Shown piece by piece: positions 17,082-25,985 of a stretch of DNA of 32,000 nt (positions within the stretch are counted from its first letter, which is position 1; each line of letters starts with the position of its first letter). The notes beneath the pieces are model-generated. The model was not told the origin of the DNA and did no database searches. It saw nothing but the letters and a program-made list of their open reading frames with translations. The stretch lies in contig NZ_CP019633.1 of the NCBI RefSeq assembly GCF_001997385.1, positions 1,980,001 through 2,012,000 on the forward strand, given 5' to 3'. Source of the DNA: Sedimentisphaera cyanobacteriorum. Lineage in GTDB: Bacteria; Planctomycetota; Phycisphaerae; Sedimentisphaerales; Sedimentisphaeraceae. The translations under genes and the position numbers were made by a program.

Positions 17082-19073
17082 TTAATTGCCCCAGATCCAC
17101 TGCGAAGCAAAAAAGCTGAAATCCGGCTTGTTTACTGCCCCGTCGCCTCCGACGGGAGCAGTATCGCAGATATAATTCGAGCTAAGCCAGTCGCCTGTAA
17201 AAATCATCAGGTCTGAGGCGTTCACCTGTCCGTCGAAGTTGAAGTCTGCGCGGTAATATGAGCCCGTCCAGGTTTGTTCAATGCCTGTGTCTGTCAGAAT
17301 AATCGGTTTGATCTGGTCGCCGTCGTATTCAATTTTCTCAATGCACACCGAGCGTGAGCCGGAATATGGCCCGTCATCAAGGTGTTCGTTCCAGCGGTGA
17401 TAAACTATACACCATTCATCCACTGCTTTGTTATGCACAAACGAATGATGCCCCGGCCCTTTGAACCACCCTTGACTGCTCGCCAGCTCGCCTTGATAGT
17501 TCCAAGGCCCGAGCGGCGAATCGGAGGCGCAGTAATGGATTGAGTAGCTGCTGTTGTTCCAGCGTCCATTGCTGTAGGAGAGGTAGTAAACGCCGCTGCG
17601 ATAATGCATAAACGCGCCTTCAGTGAAATTTGGCGGGTTGTCAACGTTGATTTCCTGCTTGAAGCTGAGCATATCATCATTCAGTTCGAATACGCGCAGC
17701 TTAGAACCGGCGCTTCCGCCTGCATAGAAGTAAAACTTGCCTGAAACGGGGTCTTCAAACACCATCGGGTCTATCGCTTCGAAGCCCGGGCTGCCGTTAT
17801 CTGAAAGAAGAGCGGAGCCCTTGTCTGTAAACCGGCCGTTCGGCCTCCGGGCGTGTGCGACGCCGATATGCGAAGGTTTCGGGCCAACGGAATAGTAGAA
17901 GTAGTATGTGTTGTCTTTCTCAATTATGCACGGAGCCCATGCGTATTTGCCAGAGGGTATCCAAGAAATCTGGTTGAAATTCAAAATTTCCTGCCTTGAA
18001 GACCAGTTCACCATATCCGAAGATGAATAAGTGTAAAAGCGGCGCGGAAAGCCGGAGGTAGGATAAATCCAAGCCTTGTCGTGGGTGAGCATAATGTGAG
18101 GGTCTGCCCCGTCGAAAAGCGGATTGCGTTTTGTCGAGGGGTTAGGGGTCATAAGCAGCTCATTAAGCGAAAGGGCGGATGTAGAGATTCGCACCTCATC
18201 GATATACCCCCAGCAGCGGTCTGTTCGCTGGGCGTCATACATCCCGCGTCCTACCGACCACGCCCCGGTATGCCAGCCCTGGCCGCTTTGCGTGCCGGCA
18301 GTGAGCGATCTGTCTGGGCTCGGGCTTTCGGTTAGGTCTGCCTGGCCCACGAGGAAGGGGTCTGTGCCTGCTGTTATGTTTGCCAGATACAGGCTCAGCG
18401 TGCTGCCGTCGTTAATCGCAGCCATATAATACCAGCGTCCGTTCTGTCCTTGCGGGTCTGAGCTGAAATCGAAGCCGTCTATCATATCCGAAGGCGATTC
18501 TGCGATATGCTGGTATCCGGAGACATCCGCATAAACGATTGCAACGCTGTCGTCCGGACGAATCTGGAAGTAAAGAGCGGAAAGATTTGAGTTGCCGCCG
18601 ATTACATCAACCGCATCCCTGCCCACTACAGTGCGGTAACCGCCGTCTTCGGGCTTGAAAAATGCCTCGATAGTGAATTGGGACGGGGTGATTGTTTCAA
18701 TGTCGATTCCGGCAGGCAAGCTGCCAGGGCCTTCTGCCGAATCTTGGGAGCGCGTCTCAAGTGAGGGGGAAGAGCCGGTATTTTTTATGCTGTATGAATT
18801 TTCAGCCCCGCTCTGCGGGATAGAGGGGTAAGGTGTTTCGTTTTTGTAGCGCAAGCCCTGCTGGCCAGCCTGAGTTCCCGGGTCTAAATGGTTGCCGTTT
18901 CCTGAGCTGTCCGCAGCTCCGAATGTCTTTTGAACAGCCCCGTTTGCAGGCCCTTCGTCAAAACGCCAGTAAGCGACTGTTTCTGCCTTTAATGCTGAAG
19001 CGAAAAAAGAAAGCATTAAAAGCGGCAGGCAGCCTGCCAGCATCCGTCTAAGGTTTGAAGTGAGTAAATTCAT
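17082..19073 (-). CDS. Secreted LamG (Laminin_G_3) - GH43 - dockerin-like fusion protein
   Basis: Signal peptide from the ATG at 19073 (MNLLTSNLRRMLAGCLPLLMLSFFASALKA); the track start at 19115 is a TTG. LamG blocks are AYWRFDEGP, FTIEAFFKP, WYYMAAINDGSTLSLYL and GYIDEVRISTSALS. GH43 blocks are GADPHIM, YAWAPCIIEKDNTYYFYYS, FTEGAFMHYRSGVYYLSYS and GPGHHSFV. The C-terminal EF-hand-like pair is DFNFDGQVNASD plus GGDGAVNKPDF. Confidence 0.8.
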   Translation of the reverse strand: MNLLTSNLRRMLAGCLPLLMLSFFASALKAETVAYWRFDEGPANGAVQKTFGAADSSGNGNHLDPGTQAGQQGLRYKNETPYPSIPQSGAENSYSIKNTGSSPSLETRSQDSAEGPGSLPAGIDIETITPSQFTIEAFFKPEDGGYRTVVGRDAVDVIGGNSNLSALYFQIRPDDSVAIVYADVSGYQHIAESPSDMIDGFDFSSDPQGQNGRWYYMAAINDGSTLSLYLANITAGTDPFLVGQADLTESPSPDRSLTAGTQSGQGWHTGAWSVGRGMYDAQRTDRCWGYIDEVRISTSALSLNELLMTPNPSTKRNPLFDGADPHIMLTHDKAWIYPTSGFPRRFYTYSSSDMVNWSSRQEILNFNQISWIPSGKYAWAPCIIEKDNTYYFYYSVGPKPSHIGVAHARRPNGRFTDKGSALLSDNGSPGFEAIDPMVFEDPVSGKFYFYAGGSAGSKLRVFELNDDMLSFKQEINVDNPPNFTEGAFMHYRSGVYYLSYSNGRWNNSSYSIHYCASDSPLGPWNYQGELASSQGWFKGPGHHSFVHNKAVDEWCIVYHRWNEHLDDGPYSGSRSVCIEKIEYDGDQIKPIILTDTGIEQTWTGSYYRADFNFDGQVNASDLMIFTGDWLSSNYICDTAPVGGDGAVNKPDFSFFASQWIWGN

Positions 19074-19401
19074 ATAAACCCCGTGTTCCCTTCTATTTAA
19101 TGTTTGTTTCAGCAAACTGAAAAACGCTGATAATCTCTTGCAGATAATACCTGATTCAGGCTGCCTGTCAAACTTATTGCTTTTATGGTCTAATATTGTA
19201 TGTTTTTGGATTACGCTTTTAATATTTAATACGGTTATCGGCTTATTTTTTCATTTTTTTTTGTAAAAATAATTTGGGAATGTTAGTTATATGCAGTATA
19301 AAGGCCATTTGCATTTAAAGATACCAAAATAATTCAACTTTTGATATTGACCTTAGTTTTCAAAGATTTTGCAAACAGACTTAATTTTATGGAAAAGATT
19401 T

Positions 19402-20610
19402 ATGGAAAATACATTCAAAAAAATCTGCTTTGCCTCTGCGGTTTGCTGTATTATTTCAGCCGCAATTGTTCATGCTGGGGAGCTTGTCCCTCAGATTGAC
19501 GACAGTACTGCAAGATTCAATTCAACCACACCTCAGGTCGGAGAGACCGGCGATATTGAACCAATTGAAGGCGTTGGAGCGATTACACTGGCGGCTCGTT
19601 TTACCCCCTCATCGCAGGATATATCGAATTCTAATTCCGGCCCGGTTATAATAATAGAAACCGGCGGCACCACCTACGGCAACGGGCTATATATCTGCGG
19701 AGAGGACATTGTTTACTTCACCAAAGGCTCTAACGGCTCCGGTGGAAATTTAAGTACCCAGACATCGCTCAACGATACTGATGTAAGCGATAACGCAGCC
19801 TCCTATACTATAGGCCCGGTAAATTCCGGGGAGGATACAGTAGTTTACATTTCGTTAAACAGCGCAACCGGCGAGCTTACAGCGGGCCTTAACGGCGAGG
19901 TAAGCCAGACCATAATAAACGGGACAGTTGAGTGGGCGAATCTGTCGGGCAACGAATCGGTAAGCTTTTTCAGCAAAGGCACTTCCGCTGAGGAAGCAGG
20001 CTTTATGGGCGGCCTTACCAACACCGACCAAGGCCAAGGCGACCTCTGGAACGCGGGCCTAGCTCACGGCTTTGAAGGTGTAAGCGGGGCGCCCGCAAGG
20101 GGGCAGATTTTTGCCCAGCTCGCTCCTGAGGTGCTTCCGCCTTACTCTGTTTTCGTGAACCAGACGGGTGAAGAAACACTCATTGCAGAAGGCGGAGCGT
20201 CCGATGAGATTACAGTCGGGGTCAACAGCGACCCTGGGCAGTACCCTGTAGAGGTGGGGCTTTCTTTGTCTGAGCCGGAGCAGGCGAATTTATCTCAGCA
20301 GACCCTCACATTCACTCAATCAAACTGGGGCAGCAGCCAAACTGTTACCATAACAGCAGAGGATGACAGCAAAATGGAAAGCAAAACCCACTACGTCCAG
20401 CTTAGTTTTGATGTGAGAGCTGATGAGCAGTCTGAATATCACGGATTTATGGTCGCACCTGTGACAGTGGAGATTGAGGAAAACGACTGCGGGAGCTGGG
20501 GGATGTTCAACAAGGCGGATTTCAACAACGACTGTCAGGTGGATTTTGAAGATGCACTTGAACTTTCAGCTTCTTGGCTCGAAAGCACAATGCCGGAGCA
20601 GGCGGTTTGA
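19402..20610 (+). CDS. Secreted protein: jelly-roll (LamG-like) N-domain, Ig/Calx-beta-like middle domain, dockerin-like C-terminus
   Basis: The ATG at 19402 gives the signal peptide MENTFKKICFASAVCCIISAAIVHA; the track start at 19369 is a TTG. The C-terminal ~150 aa are paralogous to the next gene (…TVTITAEDDSKME…VEIEENDCGSWG…DFNNDCQVDFEDALELSASWL). No catalytic motif recognised. Confidence 0.7.
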   Translation: MENTFKKICFASAVCCIISAAIVHAGELVPQIDDSTARFNSTTPQVGETGDIEPIEGVGAITLAARFTPSSQDISNSNSGPVIIIETGGTTYGNGLYICGEDIVYFTKGSNGSGGNLSTQTSLNDTDVSDNAASYTIGPVNSGEDTVVYISLNSATGELTAGLNGEVSQTIINGTVEWANLSGNESVSFFSKGTSAEEAGFMGGLTNTDQGQGDLWNAGLAHGFEGVSGAPARGQIFAQLAPEVLPPYSVFVNQTGEETLIAEGGASDEITVGVNSDPGQYPVEVGLSLSEPEQANLSQQTLTFTQSNWGSSQTVTITAEDDSKMESKTHYVQLSFDVRADEQSEYHGFMVAPVTVEIEENDCGSWGMFNKADFNNDCQVDFEDALELSASWLESTMPEQAV

Positions 20611-20651
20611 AAGCCTTTTTTAACTGAAATTAAAGTAAATAATAGCAGGGA

Positions 20652-21941
20652 ATGAAAATGAGAATTTATTTATTGATGCTGTTTTTGATTGCCGTTACCG
20701 CAGCTGCTGTACCCGTTGCAGACGGGCTTATCCTCCATTTCGATGCGGGGGATATTTCAGGCCTCAGCGACGGAGACGAGCTGAGCGAATGGCAGGATTC
20801 AGCAGATGATGACACGGTTTCAGGCGATGCTTATTCGCAGGTCGGAACGGGGGAGCCTGCTTACAAAACGAATGTGATTAACGGGCTGCCCGCCGTAAGA
20901 TTCGAAAGGAATCAGGAAGACGTTCTGGTGTCTTCTCAATTTGCTCTGCCAAACCCTTCACAGGGGCTTACTGTTTTTATAGTCTGCACAGGCGGGCAGA
21001 GCGGAAGCGTTGAAAGAGCCGCGCAGATTGGCTCTTCAGCGGGAACAGCCTCTCATCTTATGGGTATAGACGTATCCTCGAATACCTCCGGCTGCCGCTA
21101 CAACAACGGCTTCTCGCTAACGCCGGCAGATTCCAATCCTGTTGAAGCGGGACAGTTCCATATTGGTGTAAGGCAGATGCAGGACGGCGGAACACACAGC
21201 GATTTGTTCTACTCGTGCAATGATTTAGAGCCGGAGAATATTCAGGCGAATAACCCATCGAATGTAATAACGTTCGACCGTTACAATAATGACATTACCA
21301 TAGGCACCGGCAGAGGCCCAGACGGGCAATGGTATCCTGATTTCTACGAAGGCGATCTCGCAGAGCTGATTATTTACAACCGTCAGCTTATCACTTCTGA
21401 ATTGCAGGAGGTGGGCGATTATCTCTCACAGAAATACAGCCTCCCCTTCACCTCAGAAGAGCTTCTGATTGATGAAACCGGAGGCGATACGACTGTTCAG
21501 GAAGGCGGTTTCAGCGATATTGTAAATGTATCTGTTTCCACAGACCCGGCCGGGTACCCTGTTCAAATCACGCCTGAGGACACATTAGACCCCAGCCAGA
21601 CCATAATCAGCCCTTCTTCAATTACGATTGATTCTGATAACTGGCAGGACACTCTCAGCTTCACAGTTACCGCTGTGGACGATGATTTTATGGAAAGGCC
21701 GGTGCACGACACGACAATCATATTTGATATTCAAACCGATCCTTCTTCCCCTTACTATGGCATGCAGCCTTCGGAATTGTGGGTTGATATTGAAGATAAC
21801 GACTGCGGGAGTCAAGGCTTCAGCAGGCAGGATTTGAATCTGGACTGCCGCGTTAATCTGGAAGATTTCTATCTCTTTGCCGACGAGTGGCTCGCCTGCG
21901 GCTTGCCCGACCCTGAATGTCAGCCTTCTGCGCTGCAATGA
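20652..21941 (+). CDS. Secreted LamG-domain protein with Ig/Calx-beta-like and dockerin-like C-terminal modules (tandem paralog of 19402-20610)
   Basis: Signal peptide MKMRIYLLMLFLIAVTAAA. LamG blocks are GLILHFDAGD, NGLPAVRFE and GDLAELIIYNRQLITSELQEVGDYLSQKY. The C-terminus is FTVTAVDDDFME…VDIEDNDCGSQG…DLNLDCRVNLEDFYLFADEWLACG. Confidence 0.75.
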   Translation: MKMRIYLLMLFLIAVTAAAVPVADGLILHFDAGDISGLSDGDELSEWQDSADDDTVSGDAYSQVGTGEPAYKTNVINGLPAVRFERNQEDVLVSSQFALPNPSQGLTVFIVCTGGQSGSVERAAQIGSSAGTASHLMGIDVSSNTSGCRYNNGFSLTPADSNPVEAGQFHIGVRQMQDGGTHSDLFYSCNDLEPENIQANNPSNVITFDRYNNDITIGTGRGPDGQWYPDFYEGDLAELIIYNRQLITSELQEVGDYLSQKYSLPFTSEELLIDETGGDTTVQEGGFSDIVNVSVSTDPAGYPVQITPEDTLDPSQTIISPSSITIDSDNWQDTLSFTVTAVDDDFMERPVHDTTIIFDIQTDPSSPYYGMQPSELWVDIEDNDCGSQGFSRQDLNLDCRVNLEDFYLFADEWLACGLPDPECQPSALQ

Positions 21942-21981
21942 TAATAACAAGAACGAGAAATAATTTAGAGAAAGTGTTAAT

Positions 21982-23523
21982 ATGAATCGAAGAACATTTC
22001 TAAAAACAAGCTGTTACGGAACTGCCGGCTTAGCCCTTGGCAGTTTGTCCTCTGTAAGCCCGGCTGATAACATAGACCGTCCTAATCTTATATACGTATT
22101 TGCAGACCAGCTCGGTGTTAATCACTGCGGCTACGCAAAATACTGGAACGGGACGAATTACCATAACGCTCAGCTCGCTCGTACGCCTAATATCGACGGC
22201 TTCGCATCTCAGGGCATAAATTTCAAGAATTGCGTTTCGAATATGCCGGTATGCTCGGCTTACAGAGCAAGCCTTTTCACAGGCAAGTACACTACAACCA
22301 ACGGAATGGTAATCAATGAGCTTAGGATGAATCCATACCATGAATGTTTGGGGCATGTGCTAACAAGAGGCGGGTACAACACAGCGTATATCGGGAAGTG
22401 GCATCTTTATGCCAACCAGCTCGGAAATCATTACGACCCGAACAATTCTTTCGTTCCTCGCGGCAAACATCGGCTTGGATTCAACGGCTTCTGGGCGGCC
22501 TACAATTTCCATCACGATTATTACGGCGACCACGCATACTACCATACTGAATCGAAAGACAAGATTCGCTTCGGCGAAGGAGTTTACGAGCCGGACGGCC
22601 AGACTGATCTTGCTATTGACTGGCTCAAATGCAGGGCGCAGAAATCTTCGCTGCCGTTTTCGATGGTGCTTTCTTATGGCACGCCCCACGCCCCGTGGAA
22701 CACGGGGAACGTGCCGCCGGAGTATATGGATATGTTTGCAGATAAGAGTATGCCGAACCCGCCGAACTATGAACCGGAAAATGATGAGCCGTATTCGGAC
22801 AGTTGGGCAGATTTGAGTCCAAATGCACGAGACCATCTCGAACAGCGACGAAGGATATACTACGCAATGACAACGAATTTGGACTGGAATTTTGGCCGTC
22901 TGCTGGATTATCTAGATGAAAGCGGGCTTGCTGATAACACGATCGTTGTTTTCACCTCCGACCACGGAGAGATGTTCGGCTCGCACGGAAGAGAAGCGAA
23001 AAACACGTTTTACGAAGAGGCTGCAAGAATACCGTTTCTCGTGAGGTGGCCGGGCAAGATTCCCGCAGGGCAGGTTTCAGATACCTGCATTTCAACGGTT
23101 GATTTTATGCCTACTCTGCTGGATCTGATGAAGCTGCCTATTCCTTCAAGAGTGGAGGGGCAGAATCTCAGTCATATTGCCAAGGGCGAATCCGGGCCGG
23201 AGCCAGAAGTTGCTTTTCTCCAGAACACCGGCGCCTGCGCCGCTTGGCAGAACGGCTACGAATGGAGAGCTGTGCGCGATAAACAATACACATACGCACG
23301 CTACCGCGTGGACGGACTGGAGCTTCTCTTTGATAACGTGAATGACCCGTACCAGATGAATAACTTGGCTTCCAATCCCGAATACAGCAGCAAGCTCTCT
23401 GAGCTAAGAACCAAGATGGACAATAAGATGGCCAGTATCAGCGATGAAAACCATACCTGCCTCTGGTACAGGGATCATTTTACAGACGGAAACAGAAATA
23501 TACTCCGCGGAGCCAGGGGCTGA
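21982..23523 (+). CDS. Tat-exported sulfatase (formylglycine-dependent type I sulfatase family)
   Basis: Twin-arginine signal MNRRTFLKTSCYGTAGLALGS. PNLIYVFADQLG. Formylglycine motif CSAYRASLFTGKY (the C-x-A-x-R variant). GKWHL. FTSDHGEMFGSHG. Confidence 0.88.
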   Translation: MNRRTFLKTSCYGTAGLALGSLSSVSPADNIDRPNLIYVFADQLGVNHCGYAKYWNGTNYHNAQLARTPNIDGFASQGINFKNCVSNMPVCSAYRASLFTGKYTTTNGMVINELRMNPYHECLGHVLTRGGYNTAYIGKWHLYANQLGNHYDPNNSFVPRGKHRLGFNGFWAAYNFHHDYYGDHAYYHTESKDKIRFGEGVYEPDGQTDLAIDWLKCRAQKSSLPFSMVLSYGTPHAPWNTGNVPPEYMDMFADKSMPNPPNYEPENDEPYSDSWADLSPNARDHLEQRRRIYYAMTTNLDWNFGRLLDYLDESGLADNTIVVFTSDHGEMFGSHGREAKNTFYEEAARIPFLVRWPGKIPAGQVSDTCISTVDFMPTLLDLMKLPIPSRVEGQNLSHIAKGESGPEPEVAFLQNTGACAAWQNGYEWRAVRDKQYTYARYRVDGLELLFDNVNDPYQMNNLASNPEYSSKLSELRTKMDNKMASISDENHTCLWYRDHFTDGNRNILRGARG

Positions 23524-23568
23524 AAAAGCCCCCGCCTCCCTGCGGCTTGAAATAAGCTTTATTCAGCC

Positions 23569-25725
23569 TTAGAACATTGGGTTTCTAAGGACATCTGCTG
23601 TTTTCAGAGGGGCGTCGTACACGCGTACGGTTTCCAGTTTGCCTTCGAAATCCTCAGACAGCGAAATTTTCTCTGTCCTGAATATGAGCTCATATATGTT
23701 GTAATCAGTATTCTGAGGCAGAACAATCTGCCCGTTGATTATGCCGTACACGTATTCTGCCCTGTAATCGATGATCAGAGCAATATGATTTGCCTCCTCC
23801 TCTTCGAGGAAGGGGCAGTTGAAACGGAGCGAACTGCTGCTGCCGTGCCCTCTCAGCGAATATTCGATTATATTGTCCGAGCTTCTGGAAACTGAAAATT
23901 CTCTTCCGCCTCTGCTTTCCAGAACGAGTATATCTTCGGGAGCATCTTCTTTCTGCATTTTTGCATAAAATTCGAGAGTGAGCCCGTTCTGATTGGCGGA
24001 TTTGGTTCTGCCGAAATTATTCACAGCTCTGGTTTTGTATTTATGCATCTTGCCTTCGCCTATTTCAATGGCAAGGTGTTTGGAAGTCCTCAAAGACATC
24101 GTTCTGGGTATAAAGCTTACCACGCCTTCCTTTGCGAACTGTACACGCATTGTGTCCCCGCTGCGGTAATACATCATCGGATCGTCGTCCTGTTCGAGTA
24201 TGCCACCGAAGCTGAAGGTGTCTTTCTCGGAATTTGGAGAATACAGAATAAGCTCAGGCTGATTCCAGCCCTCTTCTTCCCTTGCCTTTGTAAGCAGGTA
24301 CACGTAAGCACCTTTGCCTTCCTTCTCCACCTGAGAGAGAAGCATCTCGCCCAAGTTTTCTGTATTTTCGTAGTATGTCTTAACGCTGCCTCGCATTAGG
24401 GCATAGTTGTTGTCTGGATATCTGCAAACCTCGGCATCTGCCTTGTTTTCAAGTGTTGGTTTTTCAGTTATTTCGGCATAAAGCAGGTGTCCCTTTTCTG
24501 AGGCAAAGCTTACTATGAGTTTATCTCCGTTAGAGGCGATATTGAAGCTTTCGCTTTTGGGCGTTACTGCTGAAGGTATATCCATAAGCTGATCTATAGG
24601 CTGTGCTGTCCATGCGTTCTGCCCTGTTACAGAAGAAGTGTAGGATTCAGTGATTGCCAAAAGAGGAACATTATCCTCTCTGTCCAGCAGGACATATACA
24701 TACTCGCCCGCTACAGCACCTCGAGAAATAGAATTCACCGTCTCAATCTCAATATCACAGTTGATTTTTGTAGGTGCGTTCCAGTCGAACCCTTCGTCCG
24801 GTGATCTGTAAACGTAAAGTCCGCGGTAGAACTCAGGGTTGTCTTTTGCCTGCTCAAGCGGAGGCAGGTCATCCTTTGTGTCTCTTGCAAGCACCATAGC
24901 AAACGTATTGGAAACATCAAGCTGGAATAATGAAACGTAAGGTTTTGCGTAAAATTTTTCCTGAGACATTGTGGCAGCCGTTACAGACCAGTTCTCCCCG
25001 CCGTCGTAGCTTCGTACTGTTTCCATACGGTAATAATTTATCCCTGCCTTGCTGGCTATCTTGGTAGCAAATGTCATGAGCGTATCGTCCGACAGCTTGA
25101 TCATATTAGATGAGCCGTAGAGGGATTCGTTGTCTATTTTTGTCCCGTTGTTTGCATAGCGGTCGTCGGTGCGAATGTAATATTTGCTTTTCATATCGGC
25201 GAAAATTTTGCTGTGTTCATCGCTGCTAAGCTTTCGGTTGTAAAAAAGCAGCTGTGTTATGGCGCAGTCGTAGCCCGGTTCGCCTCTTAACACCAGCGTT
25301 CGGTTTTCAAAAACGTAAGAAAATCCGTCCTTCCTGTTTTCTCTGGTTTCGCTGTTGAAATCGAGGACTTTGAAGTCCGGGTAGTCTTTCTCATAATTTT
25401 TGATGTAGTAGCCTATTATGATGTGGTAGTCCGCAGGCTTCTCAACAGGCTTAAACCTGATGCTCCTCGAACTCGAGATCGATATTGCGGCCTGAGACTG
25501 GGCGAAATCCTTGATGAAAAGAGGCCTTCTGTTCACCTTAGTCTGCTGGGCAACAATAGAGGTTTTCTGCTCGTTTCTCAGGTTCGAAAGAAAGGCATCG
25601 TTGGTGTTTTTTACATTGCTCGCCTTAATGTGGATAAGAAGCCCTTTCTCAGGAGGCTGAGAATACACTGCTGAGGCTGTCAGAGCATGGACTGCTAATA
25701 ATAAAATTACTGTTTTTTTAATCAT
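23569..25725 (-). CDS. Secreted hypothetical protein: LamG-like N-domain, central BNR/Asp-box region, LamG-like C-domain
   Basis: The ATG at 25725 (AGGA RBS) gives MIKKTVILLLAVHALTASA. An alternative ATG lies at 25767. Asp-box-like motifs are SYDGGENW and SPDEGFDW. LamG-type terminal strands are ITQLLFYNRKLSSDEHSKIFADMKSKY and KLETVRVYDAPLKTADV. No catalytic residues can be assigned by eye. Confidence 0.7.
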   Translation of the reverse strand: MIKKTVILLLAVHALTASAVYSQPPEKGLLIHIKASNVKNTNDAFLSNLRNEQKTSIVAQQTKVNRRPLFIKDFAQSQAAISISSSRSIRFKPVEKPADYHIIIGYYIKNYEKDYPDFKVLDFNSETRENRKDGFSYVFENRTLVLRGEPGYDCAITQLLFYNRKLSSDEHSKIFADMKSKYYIRTDDRYANNGTKIDNESLYGSSNMIKLSDDTLMTFATKIASKAGINYYRMETVRSYDGGENWSVTAATMSQEKFYAKPYVSLFQLDVSNTFAMVLARDTKDDLPPLEQAKDNPEFYRGLYVYRSPDEGFDWNAPTKINCDIEIETVNSISRGAVAGEYVYVLLDREDNVPLLAITESYTSSVTGQNAWTAQPIDQLMDIPSAVTPKSESFNIASNGDKLIVSFASEKGHLLYAEITEKPTLENKADAEVCRYPDNNYALMRGSVKTYYENTENLGEMLLSQVEKEGKGAYVYLLTKAREEEGWNQPELILYSPNSEKDTFSFGGILEQDDDPMMYYRSGDTMRVQFAKEGVVSFIPRTMSLRTSKHLAIEIGEGKMHKYKTRAVNNFGRTKSANQNGLTLEFYAKMQKEDAPEDILVLESRGGREFSVSRSSDNIIEYSLRGHGSSSSLRFNCPFLEEEEANHIALIIDYRAEYVYGIINGQIVLPQNTDYNIYELIFRTEKISLSEDFEGKLETVRVYDAPLKTADVLRNPMF

Positions 25726-25815
25726 ATTTTTCCTGCTGTTAAACTCATAACTTTGACGTTTACCCATTATATTAGCATAATTTTATAAAAAAACCAAAAC
25801 TTTGAAAAAATGTGA

Positions 25816-25843
25816 TTGACTGATTGACAGGTGTTCCTATAAT
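25816..25843 (+). promoter_or_regulatory. rrn promoter P1 (sigma70-type) with an upstream A-rich UP-like tract
   Basis: TTGACT (25816-25821), a 16-nt spacer, then TATAAT (25838-25843). The upstream sequence ATAAAAAAACCAAAACTTTGAAAAAATG is A-tract rich. Confidence 0.7.
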
Positions 25844-25910
25844 TCGCCGTTCCCTCGTTGATAGGCTAATTCAAGCGTGCGGTTGAGAAATAGAAAGCTA
25901 AACAACTTTC

Positions 25911-25938
25911 TTGACATTACGCTCAGTTTAGTTATATT
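25911..25938 (+). promoter_or_regulatory. rrn promoter P2 (sigma70-type)
   Basis: TTGACA (25911-25916), a 16-nt spacer, then TATATT (25933-25938). The tandem P1/P2 layout is typical of rRNA operons. Confidence 0.65.
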
Positions 25939-25973
25939 AATGTGTCTCGCTTTAGAGCGGGAAGTTACAGGGA

Positions 25974-25985
25974 GCTCTTTAACAA
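25974..25985 (+). promoter_or_regulatory. Leader boxA antitermination element
   Basis: aGCTCTTTAACAA matches the E. coli rrn boxA consensus TGCTCTTTAACAA at 12 of 13 positions. It lies 51 nt upstream of tRNA-Ile. Confidence 0.7.
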
